53,716 bases of DNA, taken from Nemertoderma westbladi. Taxonomy: Eukaryota > Animalia > Xenacoelomorpha. Shown piece by piece: positions 1 to 10,954 of this stretch (its first letter is position 1; each line of letters starts with the position of its first letter). The stretch is from contig JAUCBJ010001988.1 in NCBI GenBank assembly GCA_032718475.1, forward strand, positions 1 through 53,716, read 5' to 3'. The position numbers and the translations under genes are program-made. The notes under the pieces were generated by a model. The model made no database searches and was not told the DNA's origin. It saw nothing but the letters and a program-made list of their open reading frames with translations.

Positions 1-444
1 CTTGAATTTGCTCGAATATATATTACTTAATTAAGAAAAAAAAAAAAAAAAAAAATTTTAGATTTTTTTTGTTAGTATGCTATTATCGCTTATAGCGGGT
101 TAATTTTACTTAGATAACCCCTATAGATTGTATACAGGGTAGACTAGCTATTCTTTACTCTGCTAGTCTGTACCAGGTAGCATCCTTGCCCTGTATCAAA
201 CATCCTAACTTACTCTATGGGCTGTGCAGTACAGTAGTCTGTCTCGTGCGGCCTACACGGTCTATCCTGCTGTACCCACATGCCCCCCTCTCTCTTTCGT
301 GGTGCTCCCTATGCCCACAACCTCTACGGTATTACGTACCCTACTACTACAACTCTTATGATATATTTATATCATACTCTCTACTCTCCTACTACTAACT
401 CTTACTAACTCTACTAACTCTACTAACTCTGCTTATAACTCTAT

Positions 445-975
445 CGGTACTACGTACCCTGCCACTACTCTCGTGGTATGTTTGTATACCACACTCCCTA
501 TATTTCTAACTTCTACCAGCGGTACTATGTACCCTGCCACTACTCTCGTGGTATGTCAATATACCACACTCCCTATATTTCTAACTTCTACCAGTGGTAC
601 TATGTACCCTGCCACTACTCTCGTGGTATGTTTATATACCACACTCCCTATACTTCTAACTTCTACCAGCGGTACTATGTACCCTGCCACTACTCTCGTG
701 GTATGTTTATATACCACACTCCCTATAATTCTATCTGCCTACTAACGGTACTATGTACCCTACTACTCTCGTGGTACGTTAATGTACCACACTCCCTATA
801 CTTCTGCCTGCAGCATGCCGATCCTAGCAGTATACTTCTGCCTATGGTACTATGTACCCTACTACTCTCGTGGTACGTCAATGTACCACACTCCCTATAC
901 TTCTGCCTACGGTACTATGTACCCTTCTACTCACATGGTACGTCAATGTACCACACTCCCTGTACTTCTAACTAC
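445..975. repeat. 75-bp tandem repeat, ~7 copies, each with two stem-loops; lies in the 3' region of the minus-strand BEL/Pao element
   Basis: Unit starts at 445, 520, 595, 670, 746, 845, 910. Each has GGTAC-tat-GTACC and GTGGTAYG-N4-TRTACCAC. The ORFs at 473 and 478 only reflect this periodicity. Confidence 0.95.
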
Positions 976-1138
976 TTACTTAGTGCTACGTACTATCTAT
1001 TACTCTACTCCCTATACTCTCTATATAATATTACTTTCTTTCTTTTATTATTTTATTATTTTTTTTTATATTATGTGTGGGAAGGGTGTCTCGCCCTCAG
1101 TCCCACCCCCCTCAGTCCAACATTTGGACGACTAAACT

Positions 1139-3183
1139 CTAAGGTGCACCTTCTAGAAGGCAGCACTTTCCTACAGACCTCATGTAGGTCTTCCTATCCT
1201 TTGCTCCTATCTTGCCTCCTATCCTCACTTCCACCGACCGGACTCTTCCGTCCTCGTCGGTGTAAGTATCTACCACTCTCGCACGGCGCTTATCGCCTTG
1301 GCGACTTTTCAACTCTGACGGGAATGTATGTCATCTGGGTCTACACCCAGCATATCGATGGTCGCCGGCCTCTCCATCAGAAAGTGTCCCGGTGTTAGCA
1401 CGTCCAGTGATTCTGGGTCGTCATTCTCCGGATATAGCGGTCTGCTATTAATGATTCCCTCGCACTTAGCTAGCACCGTTCTTAGTATGTCCTCTGTGAC
1501 CATGTGGGTGTTCATCAACTTCGTCATTAAATGCTTAGAACTTCCCACAAGTCTCTCTACACATCCTAATGTATGTGGCGCATACGGCATCCTCCTTTCC
1601 CACTTCACTTGCCATTTCCTCATAGCCACCGTGACATCGTCTCCCTCTAGGATGTCGAAGGCCTCGGCCAACTCGTTCTCTGCTCCCACGAAGTTGGTCC
1701 CATTATCTGAATAAATCACCACGATTGTTCCCCCTTTGCGGTCTCTAAATGCCGATGCCGTAGCGTCCTGCGCGAGTTCTATTCCTACTGCCCTCGTGTT
1801 GTTGCATACGAAGATAATGCCGTAGCGTTTCTCCGTGTGTCGCATCACCTTAATCTTAATCAGCCCGAACATGTCTACGCCGCAATGCGTGAATGGCGGG
1901 TCGTGTTGTCTCACTCTATTGGCCGGTAATGGCGCCATCTCCTGTATGGCCCTCTCCTTTCTCGTCTGTCAGCAGGTCTGGCACTGCCCCACTACCGCCT
2001 TCACCTTCTTCCTTAACTGTGTGATCCAGAATGTTCTCCGTATCTCTGTGATGGTCTGATTCGTGCCTCCATGTAATATCGACTTATGCGAGTCCCAAAT
2101 GATCTGGTGGACTATCGGTGATTTGTTGGGGATGATTATGGGTTTTGGTGGGATAACTAGGCTGTTGTTGTTCACCACTCTGGAATTCATCACCAGAATC
2201 CCGTCATCGATCAACTGTGGGGACAGCGTATTGAGCTAGCTGTCTCGACGAAGGTGTTGTTGCTTGCTAACTCTATCCACTTCATCGGCGTAGTTCTTTC
2301 TCTGCTCGTATCGTATTATGGCTTTAGCCGCTCTTTCCAGATCGATGTTTGGTTTCCTTTTGGCATCCTTGCCAACTCCCCTAAGGAAATCCCCGTAGGC
2401 CCTCCAATACGCTACCAACTTCTTGGTCTTGTACCAGCTGGAGCTGTAACTGAGCAACCTATCCGTCGGGTTGTCGCATGGTTCTTCTGATTTCGGTGAC
2501 ACCTCCTTGATCTCCCTCACCATTTGGCTGTATATCTCTTCCCCTTCTGAATCTTCCCCCTCTTCTTCTGGTACTACTTCCTCTGAGCCCGGGTCCACCT
2601 TCCTCATTGGTGGCCAGGCTGATCTATTGTTCAGGAAGTGTGGCCCGTGCTGCCACAACACTTCCTTCTTTGAGAAAGATGCCACGCCCCTCGATAACAA
2701 ATCTGCTGGGTTGTCGTCGGTAGGGCAGTAATGCCACCTTTCTAAGTCAGTCGTGGCCCTTATCTCGTCTACCATATTCGCGACGAATATAGGGTATCTT
2801 GTCTTCTCATTATGCAGCCACCCTAGCACTACCATGGAGTCCGTCCAGTAGTGTGTCTCCACTATGTTGGGTATAGTGTCCATCAAGTAGGCTGTGGCCC
2901 TTACTCCTAACCTCGCAGCTGTCAACTCGTGTTTCGGGACTGACGCTGAATCTGGTGGCGTCGACTTCGCTTTACTAAATGCAAGTCTGGGCTTGTGAGC
3001 CCCCTTTCGCTGTACCAGTTAAAGTGCCGCTCTGTATGCTTCCAAAGATGCATCGGAGAACATGTGTAGGTCCAGGTCCATCATGTCCCTGTCCGGGAAA
3101 TACACGCGTGGCTTGCTGTACGTTCCCATCTGTTCTAAACTTCCCGTCCACTTACTCCACTCTTTGCTTATTTCTTCCGATAC
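1139..3183 (-). mobile_element. BEL/Pao LTR retrotransposon pol remnant (RNase H + integrase), with stops and frameshifts
   Basis: LHMFSDASLEAY, SKAKSTP..VPKHELTAA, YWTDSMVVLGW, NPADLLSRG, LWQHGP; HHCC (HKSILHGG...CQTC); GVDMFG, SDNGTNFVGA, VERLV, INSRPL, LTPGHFL; C-terminal DGRVRSVEV...LLEGAP* ending at 1139. Confidence 0.93.
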
Positions 3184-3920
3184 CGTCTCGTCGCGCCCTC
3201 ACGGATAGTTTGGTTGGTATCGTCCGGGGTCCGTGGCGGCGTCCTATCTCCCTCAGATAATCGGGGCTCTCTATCGCTCATCTTTTTGTTGTTGCAGTCA
3301 CAGTATCGATGGCAGTTGGTACAGTTAATGACTGTGACGGGATCAGAGATCCCGACCGGATTGTTAAAGTACGCGCCACCATTCTGCTTGGGATCGTGCT
3401 ACTGGCTTTGGACGAGGCCGTCTGCGAAAACAGTAAAAGTTCCTGTTGTCTTTCGATATTAATTAATATAGGCGGTAATAGCACGTACTGAATATAAAGC
3501 AGAAAATACAGATAAATTGTTACCGGTATGGCGGTGGCGGTCATTAACTATGACCGGTCTGCACTGAATAAACTGAATAACACAACTGACCGGTAAACCA
3601 GTGATGTAAGATAATATATGATTAATACATTGAATATTGGTTCACCTCTTACTCTACTTTAGCCCTTTACCCAATGGATGCTTTCCTGTCCCCTATCACG
3701 TGCTTCCCTCCTCACTATTGGCTAATATACTACTTGTCACTTTGGCACTCCCTGGGAGTGTTTCCCCTCCACTGCTAGCCTCTACTAGCTGTGTTCCCTC
3801 CGAGGTGGTTTGACCTCTCACCTTTCTCTGTGGCTTTGGGGCTTGTGTCGCCCCCCCCCCCCCCCCCCCCAATGTTGGTTACGATACGAGATTAATATTG
3901 GTAATCTCGTATCCCCAACA
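3184..3920 (-). mobile_element. Probable 5' LTR and leader of the minus-strand BEL/Pao element, joined to pol by an internal deletion
   Basis: Minus strand starts TGTTGG at 3920. A PBS-like TGGTGGCGCG lies near 3381-3372. Pol homology stops abruptly near 3183. No partner LTR is in the window. Confidence 0.4.
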
Positions 3921-4807
3921 TATTGCTAAAATGCCACTAGTCCCATTTTCTGGTGGGTAATGAAGTGGAATTGAATCAGCTTACATACAGGCGACTTCAG
4001 ACATATATATTTATTCATAACAATATCATTTGCAGGAATAATCTCGGTAGTATTTGTGCTTAGGATTTATTAATAAGCCTTGCACAGTAAAAGGTGCCCG
4101 TGATTTATTGCGACTTGCAACTTAATTCCACCCCAAGGCAATTTACATCTTGCCATACAAGGACGTCCCATTCCAGACAGTTTGTCGCTGGGTGCTTCAA
4201 CTCAGCCATACACTTACTGCAAATCATGAGACTAAACTTCTTTGTTCGACCTACTCAGTCGCGACATATAAAATTCCCCTACCATTATTAGTGCTGTTTA
4301 CTTCCATTGAGTGTCGAATAAATACACCCCCACAGCCGACAACATACAATAGCGTGGTTCGACATTTCCCACACCTATTGGCTTTGTGTGGCCTAATTGC
4401 TTGTCCAGTTCGTGGAATACAGAGTGTCGGCTCCCTCCTATTGAATGGTAGTCCATAGCAACGTTCTTGAATAGCATCACTGAATTGACAGTAGCAGACG
4501 GCATTTACTCGGATTACAGTAGACAGCGACTACTAGCGGTAAAACAAGAATTGTAAAGCACTTTAACAACACTTGTTACTCCCGTTCTCTTTGAAAGGCG
4601 CTGCTTAATTTATTATAAATAAAGCCACCCAGCGGCAGCAGAGAATATTACATTCTTAATAATAGCCAACTTATTCATTATCTAGGTGGCGCAAATAGAA
4701 TAACTCCTTTAGTGATTATTTATTTATTTTGCAGAATAAATACTTAGTTGACACCTCTTTAAAGTTACGACATACTATTTGTGTATAGATTACATTAATT
4801 TAGCATC

Positions 4808-7800
4808 ATGTCTGAGTCAGATATTGACACCGAACCATTTGTCCAACACCCACTGGTCACAGCTGCCCCTAATACTAACATTCCCCCTTCGGTTGACCAA
4901 GTTGCGCCACCATCCCAACAAGAAATCTTGGGACAGGTCCTGCATCAGGACTAGACAATTTACCAGATGGATTGTAGATAACATAAATGTAGAACCACCC
5001 ATAGTTAGCGTTCCACAAACTAGAGTGAGCTCACCATCATTACTAATAATGAACACATCCCCCATTATGTTCGCCCACTCACCTAACAGCAATGAGGAAT
5101 TGCACACCCCGATCAATAACACCCTTTCGCAGAACATTGCAGATGAAACAATTCCTGTTCACCCGCAAGTGAGACTAGCTTACTTGCTGGAGGAAATTGA
5201 CAGTTACAGGAAAAGGTGTGGCAACCGGAACTGTAGCTTCTGAATAGGAGGTTTATGGGGAGGAATTACATCACTTAATAAATCTACATTATGCCCACCC
5301 GGAACTTCATAAGTTCTTCCAGTTCGATGATATTGCATGGGCAGACCTATACAAACTAAAGGTTCCCCAGGTTCCATGCAGCATGGAAGAGCTGTCCACT
5401 TTAGTTTATGACCATGTGGCTGACTTCAATCAGCATATAGAAACCCTTGCACATGAGCTACAGACTGTGCAGCCTGACCCTAGGACGAACCCAGCTGCAT
5501 ACTTTAAAGTTAAAGAACTAGTCTGCAGAATCCGGTTAATCCGCCTTCCGGGAAGTGTCTAGTAGACATCACGACGCAGAATTAGCTGCCATAGTCGGCA
5601 GACAGTTAGCCGAAGTAGCTGTGATAGCCGGGAAGGCACTCGTCCTTGAAAGGCTACATGGGCCGACCATTCCCCTGGGTATGGACATAGCCTGTTCCAG
5701 TACCATAGCGCTGAACAATCTGCGCACGGACTTAGAGGATCCTGGAGACGATGAGGATATGGATGTGATATCCTGTTATCTACAGTCTTATATAGCTGTG
5801 GTAGGAGAGACCGAACTTCGTAGGAGGTTAAAGGGTTTGGCCACATCTGCCCTGAATCAATGGCAGTCCTAGAAGGAATAGAAGCCAAGCGTGATATGCA
5901 AGTTGTCATCCGGCGGACGGATATCAGTTCCCCCTAACGGGCAAAGGGAAGCCTACCCCAGAAGTGGAGTCAGGTTTGCGCCAGACATCCCGGGTGAGGC
6001 ATTTCCCCAAGGTGACCCTCCTTCACCCCCAGAGGCTTATGCACTCCCGTTAGATCCCAGCCTACATAATGATGACCGTTATGTACAAAATATCTGGCAA
6101 CCCCGACCACTTCAGAGCAACGATGGCTCTAGAGAAATCATTGATTCTTTATTACAAAGAAATGACGATCTAGAGCTACAAGTGACCTTAATGCAAGACC
6201 ATATCACCCTAACAAACAAGAAAGTCAACTCACAAGCAGCGTCGCAGGGTGTAAAAATTTTAAAACGTGCCTCTGATGTGAGTGGTATTCATGCCGAGAA
6301 TGCAGTACATCAGAACGACCAAAGCTCATATCTAACAGACCTTTTATTAAATTCTTCGGCAGTCCAAACCGACCTCACCAGACATATGGCTACAGTAGGA
6401 ATGAAGCTCGACAGTGCGTCTCCTCAGGTCAAATTTTAATATTTGATGGTGACGAACTGAAATGGCTACCCTATGCAGAGTTCTGCAAAGACAGTATTCT
6501 AGAATCGCCATTAAGTGAACGTGAGAAGCTTAGATATTTAATTAGTTATTACTGGAAGGACCCCCTAAACAGATGGCTGCAAAATATGTGCACCATGTAG
6601 ACGGCATCAACACTGTTTGGGATATTCTAAAGGAGCGATATGGCAATGAAGAAAGCTTAGCACGCAACATGTATGACCAATTAATCTCTAAAAATAGATC
6701 CACTCAAAACGGGATCGTAGAATTTAGAGATGAAGTAGAGGAAATTTGTCGCCAGCTTGATTGGCTAGGACAGAAACAAGTGTACGATACAATCATGACA
6801 GTAAAGTTTGTTTCCAGTGCACTTCCAAAGGGCTCCACTAGGACCAGATGGGATTGATACACTTACAATTACAAACTTAAACATGGATGTTTCCCCGATA
6901 TGGACTCATTTAGAAGCTTCTTGAAAGCCGAAACCTTCACGTATCTTATCACAACGAACCGGGAAAAGAGCACCCATTCAGACACAAATAACACTGATAA
7001 GACAGCAACCAAGAAGCGATATGCTTATGTCACCAACTATGAAGAGTGGCCCTCTGATCACTCTGGTTCCGAAACAGAGGGATGTGAAAGCATATATTAT
7101 GGTGATGTGAACCCCAGAGGTGAAAATAAACACAGTGGCCAAGTTAAACTAAATAGGAGAACACCTCCTCCCAAGGCCAATAGCACCATCAAGAAAGCAT
7201 ATGTGGATAACCGTAAGGCAACCACGAAGACCTATAATACAATCACAGCCGGCACCACCAACCTTTAGTGCCCCCTTTGTAAACTAGATGCACATCCACT
7301 TGCAAAATGCAACACCTTCTTAAAAAAGACACTAAAGGAGAGACGAAAGACGGTTTTGGACTTGTCGACATGCTTCTTGTGTCTTAGACTGGGACATTTG
7401 CGACGTAAGTGTAGACTACTGAACGTAAAAACGTGTCTGGTGTGTCAGGGCTCCCATCACCATTTGCTACACCTACACCAGACCCCGAAGGAAGAGCTAG
7501 ACCAACGTGTACACTTCACCAATTACGAGACAGACTCATCCCATGAAGAACCGGATACATTCTACCCTGGAGAATTTACTGACGACGATGAATGCTGTAA
7601 CCATGTCAGTGTGTATGAAGCCTTTACCTATGAGGAACCCGCACGGAAGATTGTTTCAAATTGGAGAACAATCCCAGCACCCGGTCAATTCGGGATATCG
7701 GAGTCAGAGAGTTTCCGGTGCTCCAAGTCCGGCTCCACGCGGGAAGTAGTAGCATTGTGGTAAATGCCTTAATGGACACAGGAAGTACGGCACCTTCATA

Positions 7801-9130
7801 GACGCAGAGTTAGCAGAATCCTTGTTCGCCAGGGAACAGGGCTATGACATGAAACTAACTAATTATCTGGGATAATGAAACGTTGGCAATCTACCATTGA
7901 GACCAATACTATAAGGCATCCCTGTCCACCCCGCAAGATATTAGTAGCCTGGACAGGGTCTCTAACATTGAGATGGTCATCATCCGAAATTTTGCCAAAA
8001 TTCAGGCCAAGGCTTAAGACTGGGATGACAACGCCCTTGTACGTGATTATAACATTACCTGTTCCACCCCAGACTACCCAGGCGTACAGATGTTAATAGG
8101 CCAAAATGTACCCGAGGCCTTAAAAATTCTGGAGAAACGACCCAGAAATCCAGAACCAATGTCAGCTTACGCCTGTAGGACGAGAGTGGGATGGTTCTGT
8201 ACTGGGCCTTCCCGGAAAATTCTATTAGAACGGAAAGGACCGACAAATACAGACACCGACACTTGTAATTTAGTGATAAGATGAGATCTGTAATGAGATC
8301 ATAGAGACTGAAGAGGACATATTGACTACCCCTGACCAAACCAACAGTGATAGTGACGCACCCCTATCCTCAGACCAAGACTGTTTCCTTACTGGGTACA
8401 GTGAACCCGACATTATGTCCCCGATGACTGACCGAAAGTTGCATACTACCCCATTGGAATCATGTAACATATTAAATACAACACCCGACTTGCGACTACA
8501 TCAGGCGGCTGATGACCATAAGGATGAATTTCTACCTCCGGTCATAAATAGTATCAAATGGGATATTTACATAGACGACGACCCGAAACCAGCCACGACA
8601 GTAAAGGAAGCCATAGACATTGCTCAAGGGACAGTAAACTGCCTGAAACTTGGAGGATTTTGCCATACCCCCCGTTGAGCGTGGCGATACCGAACTATAC
8701 TTAAATAAGGATGGCCTACCGGAGACGAAGCCATTAAGTCTTCATTGGCTTACAGAAAGTGTCATTATGGTATTTAAAGTGAAGTTGAGAAAGGGCGGTA
8801 CCCGAACCAAACGTTTTTGCCTAGGCATACTCAGCGCTTATTTCGACCCCCTAGGATTCAGCAGGCCAGTTATATTGCAGGCTCGAGACCTCATTCCACG
8901 TATATGGAAGGAGAATGATAGTAGAAACATGCGTCAGAGGGGATGGCCTGGTAAGATCAGTGGATCTCGTAGTGCTGAGGGAAAAAGGCAAACTATACTT
9001 TGTTCCCCAGAGACTCAACCATCCTATAGGCCACCTCTGCTTGCTAGAAATTGCACGCGAAGAATCTGGCAACTACGGCAAGCAAGAAGTTAAGCAAACA
9101 GACTTGACATATTTTTATTGGACTAGTTAA
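4808..9130 (+). mobile_element. Degraded BEL/Pao gag-pol (gag, triple Zn knuckle, protease, partial RT, integrase tail) with large internal deletions
   Basis: DUF1759-like IFDGDELKW...LSEREKLRYL, WDILKERYG; knuckles CPLCKLDAHPLAKC, CFLCLRLGHLRRKC, CLVCQGSHHHLLH; protease NALMDTGST (~7765); RT YIDD (~8570); YFDPLGF; then a jump to GDGLVRSVDL. Confidence 0.9.
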
Positions 9131-9280
9131 CTCCCTTGGAACGTTTGAGTGCGCTGCATATCACACTCCAGCGTGGGAATGGGTTATGTTGCGTCGTTAA
9201 CCACTGACCCCATACATTTTTAAAAATATGCCTTAACAGGCTAACATAATTTATACTTACATTGCTTCCATCCCCAAATA

Positions 9281-9548
9281 ACAATAGGACTATGGGATGT
9301 TTCATGATAAATCATTTTATACACGGTGCATGAAACTTGATCTTAGTTCTAGAAGAATTATGAATAAAATGACATAAACAATAGGACTGTGGGATGTTTC
9401 ATGATAAACTGTTTTATACACAGTGCATGAAACTTGATCTTAGTTCTAGATCAAATATAAACAAAATGACATAAACAATAGGACTGTGGGATGTTTCATG
9501 ATAAACTGTTTTATACACAGTGCATGAAACTTGATCTCAGTTCTAGAA
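9281..9548. repeat. 97-bp tandem repeat, ~3 copies, with internal inverted repeat
   Basis: ACAATAGGACT starts at 9281, 9378, 9475. Each unit has GTTTCATG...CATGAAAC. Confidence 0.9.
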
Positions 9549-10692
9549 CATTCAGGAATATTATTAAGAAAAGTGGGAGGTTCATGGTTATACACACGAC
9601 ACATGAAACCTGAACCCAACTTTGACGACATGTTGCGATAATTCATTATTAAACATGACGCGCAGCCAACCAAAACCCTCAATAATTGTATGATGATGGT
9701 GATAATACAATTGAATGCGGAATCCATATCCTTTATTTCGGTTAAACCAAACTCTGTTTAAATTCTGGAGACAGCCCGCGCAGTAACTATTAAAATTATA
9801 ATAAACTACACTAGTCATGATAAGTCGATATTAAACATGGCGCTTGACAATAACAAACCTTGGTCTTGCTGTATTATGATGGCCCAATAACACTTGAATA
9901 CAGAGTCTTAATTACTACTCCCGCTTCTTGTCAATCGCCAGAGTACAGTAAGATATGTCAATTATTAGTTGGCTTGAAACTTCAAGAACCAACATAACTT
10001 GATATTGATTAATACAATGTCACATCCATATAAATCCGTTCAAGTCACTGTAATAATAAGCATTACGGGAACGGTCGCAGTCCACTTAGTGGCTCTCTCC
10101 CAAGGGATGAGTAAACTTAGTTTAAGTCACTAGATCACGTAAATATATATTCATGTTATTCAGTAATGGTTTAATACCACCAACCCTTTAATCACGACAT
10201 TAATACGACAATAGTATAAACACCGATACTATGCAGACAAACACCACAACCAAATAAATAAATTAAATAATACAACCAACAAAGACGTAATAATATCACA
10301 GTAGACCCAGATCTGTGTGATTGAGCAATACCCTATTCTACCGCTATACTTACCGAATGTTGATCTTCGATACATTAATAACTAATTTAGAACATTGGGG
10401 CGCTGGTGTGTTGCTTGCGCAACCCTTTTAATAAAGTTCTAGAATTTTATCGTATATTTTTCCTAAATTTAATACCGTTAAATTTATTTTGATGAGTATC
10501 CATGGAAACAAATATCAACATTCGGTTTATAGTAAGTTTGTAATGGACATTTATGAGTGCTGTGACATTGGGTGTGTTAGTTTGTATGATAGTACAAATA
10601 ACAACTATTCTCCGTGTGTTTACTGTAGCGAACGGAAACCCTATTGCAGACTAATAGCAGTCACACTACAATAGTCGATATACCCCTATGGA

Positions 10693-10832
10693 TAGCCCTC
10701 GGAGTGACCGGCCTCGAGCTTTTCCTGCATGTTAGCCGCTTCGTCTTCCACCCATTCTTCCACCCCTGTTGGATAGGGAATAGGCGTAGCGGCACTAACG
10801 TGGCCAGGGGCAGCTCGGGTCCGTGTTGGGCT
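10693..10832 (+). other. Long imperfect GC-rich hairpin (candidate structured RNA)
   Basis: Nested pairings: GGCCTCGAGCT(10710-20)/AGCTCGGGTCC(10812-22), TTCCTG/CAGGGG, CATGTTAG/CTAACGTG, CCGCT/AGCGG, CGTCT/AGGCG, TCCA/TGGA; several G.U pairs. Confidence 0.65.
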
Positions 10833-10841
10833 GGGGATAAA

Positions 10842-10905
10842 GGGCGGCTTGCCACTGCCGACCCTATATAAACTGAAATAACCATAATAATTATCGACTC
10901 ATTGG
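10842..10905 (+). promoter_or_regulatory. Putative Pol II core promoter (GC box, TATA box, possible Inr)
   Basis: GGGCGG at 10842, TATATAAA at 10865-10872, TCATT near 10899; ATG at 10955 in good context (A at -3, G at +4). Confidence 0.5.
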
Positions 10906-10954
10906 TTCACTTCTCTTGGATTAATAATATATTTGCTTATTTATAATAACAATA

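Noticed and set aside
473-1398. Repetitive ORFs (306 aa, 90 aa, 117 aa) as proteins
   Set aside because: By-product of a 75-bp (multiple of 3) repeat, antisense to the BEL element, no recognisable domain.
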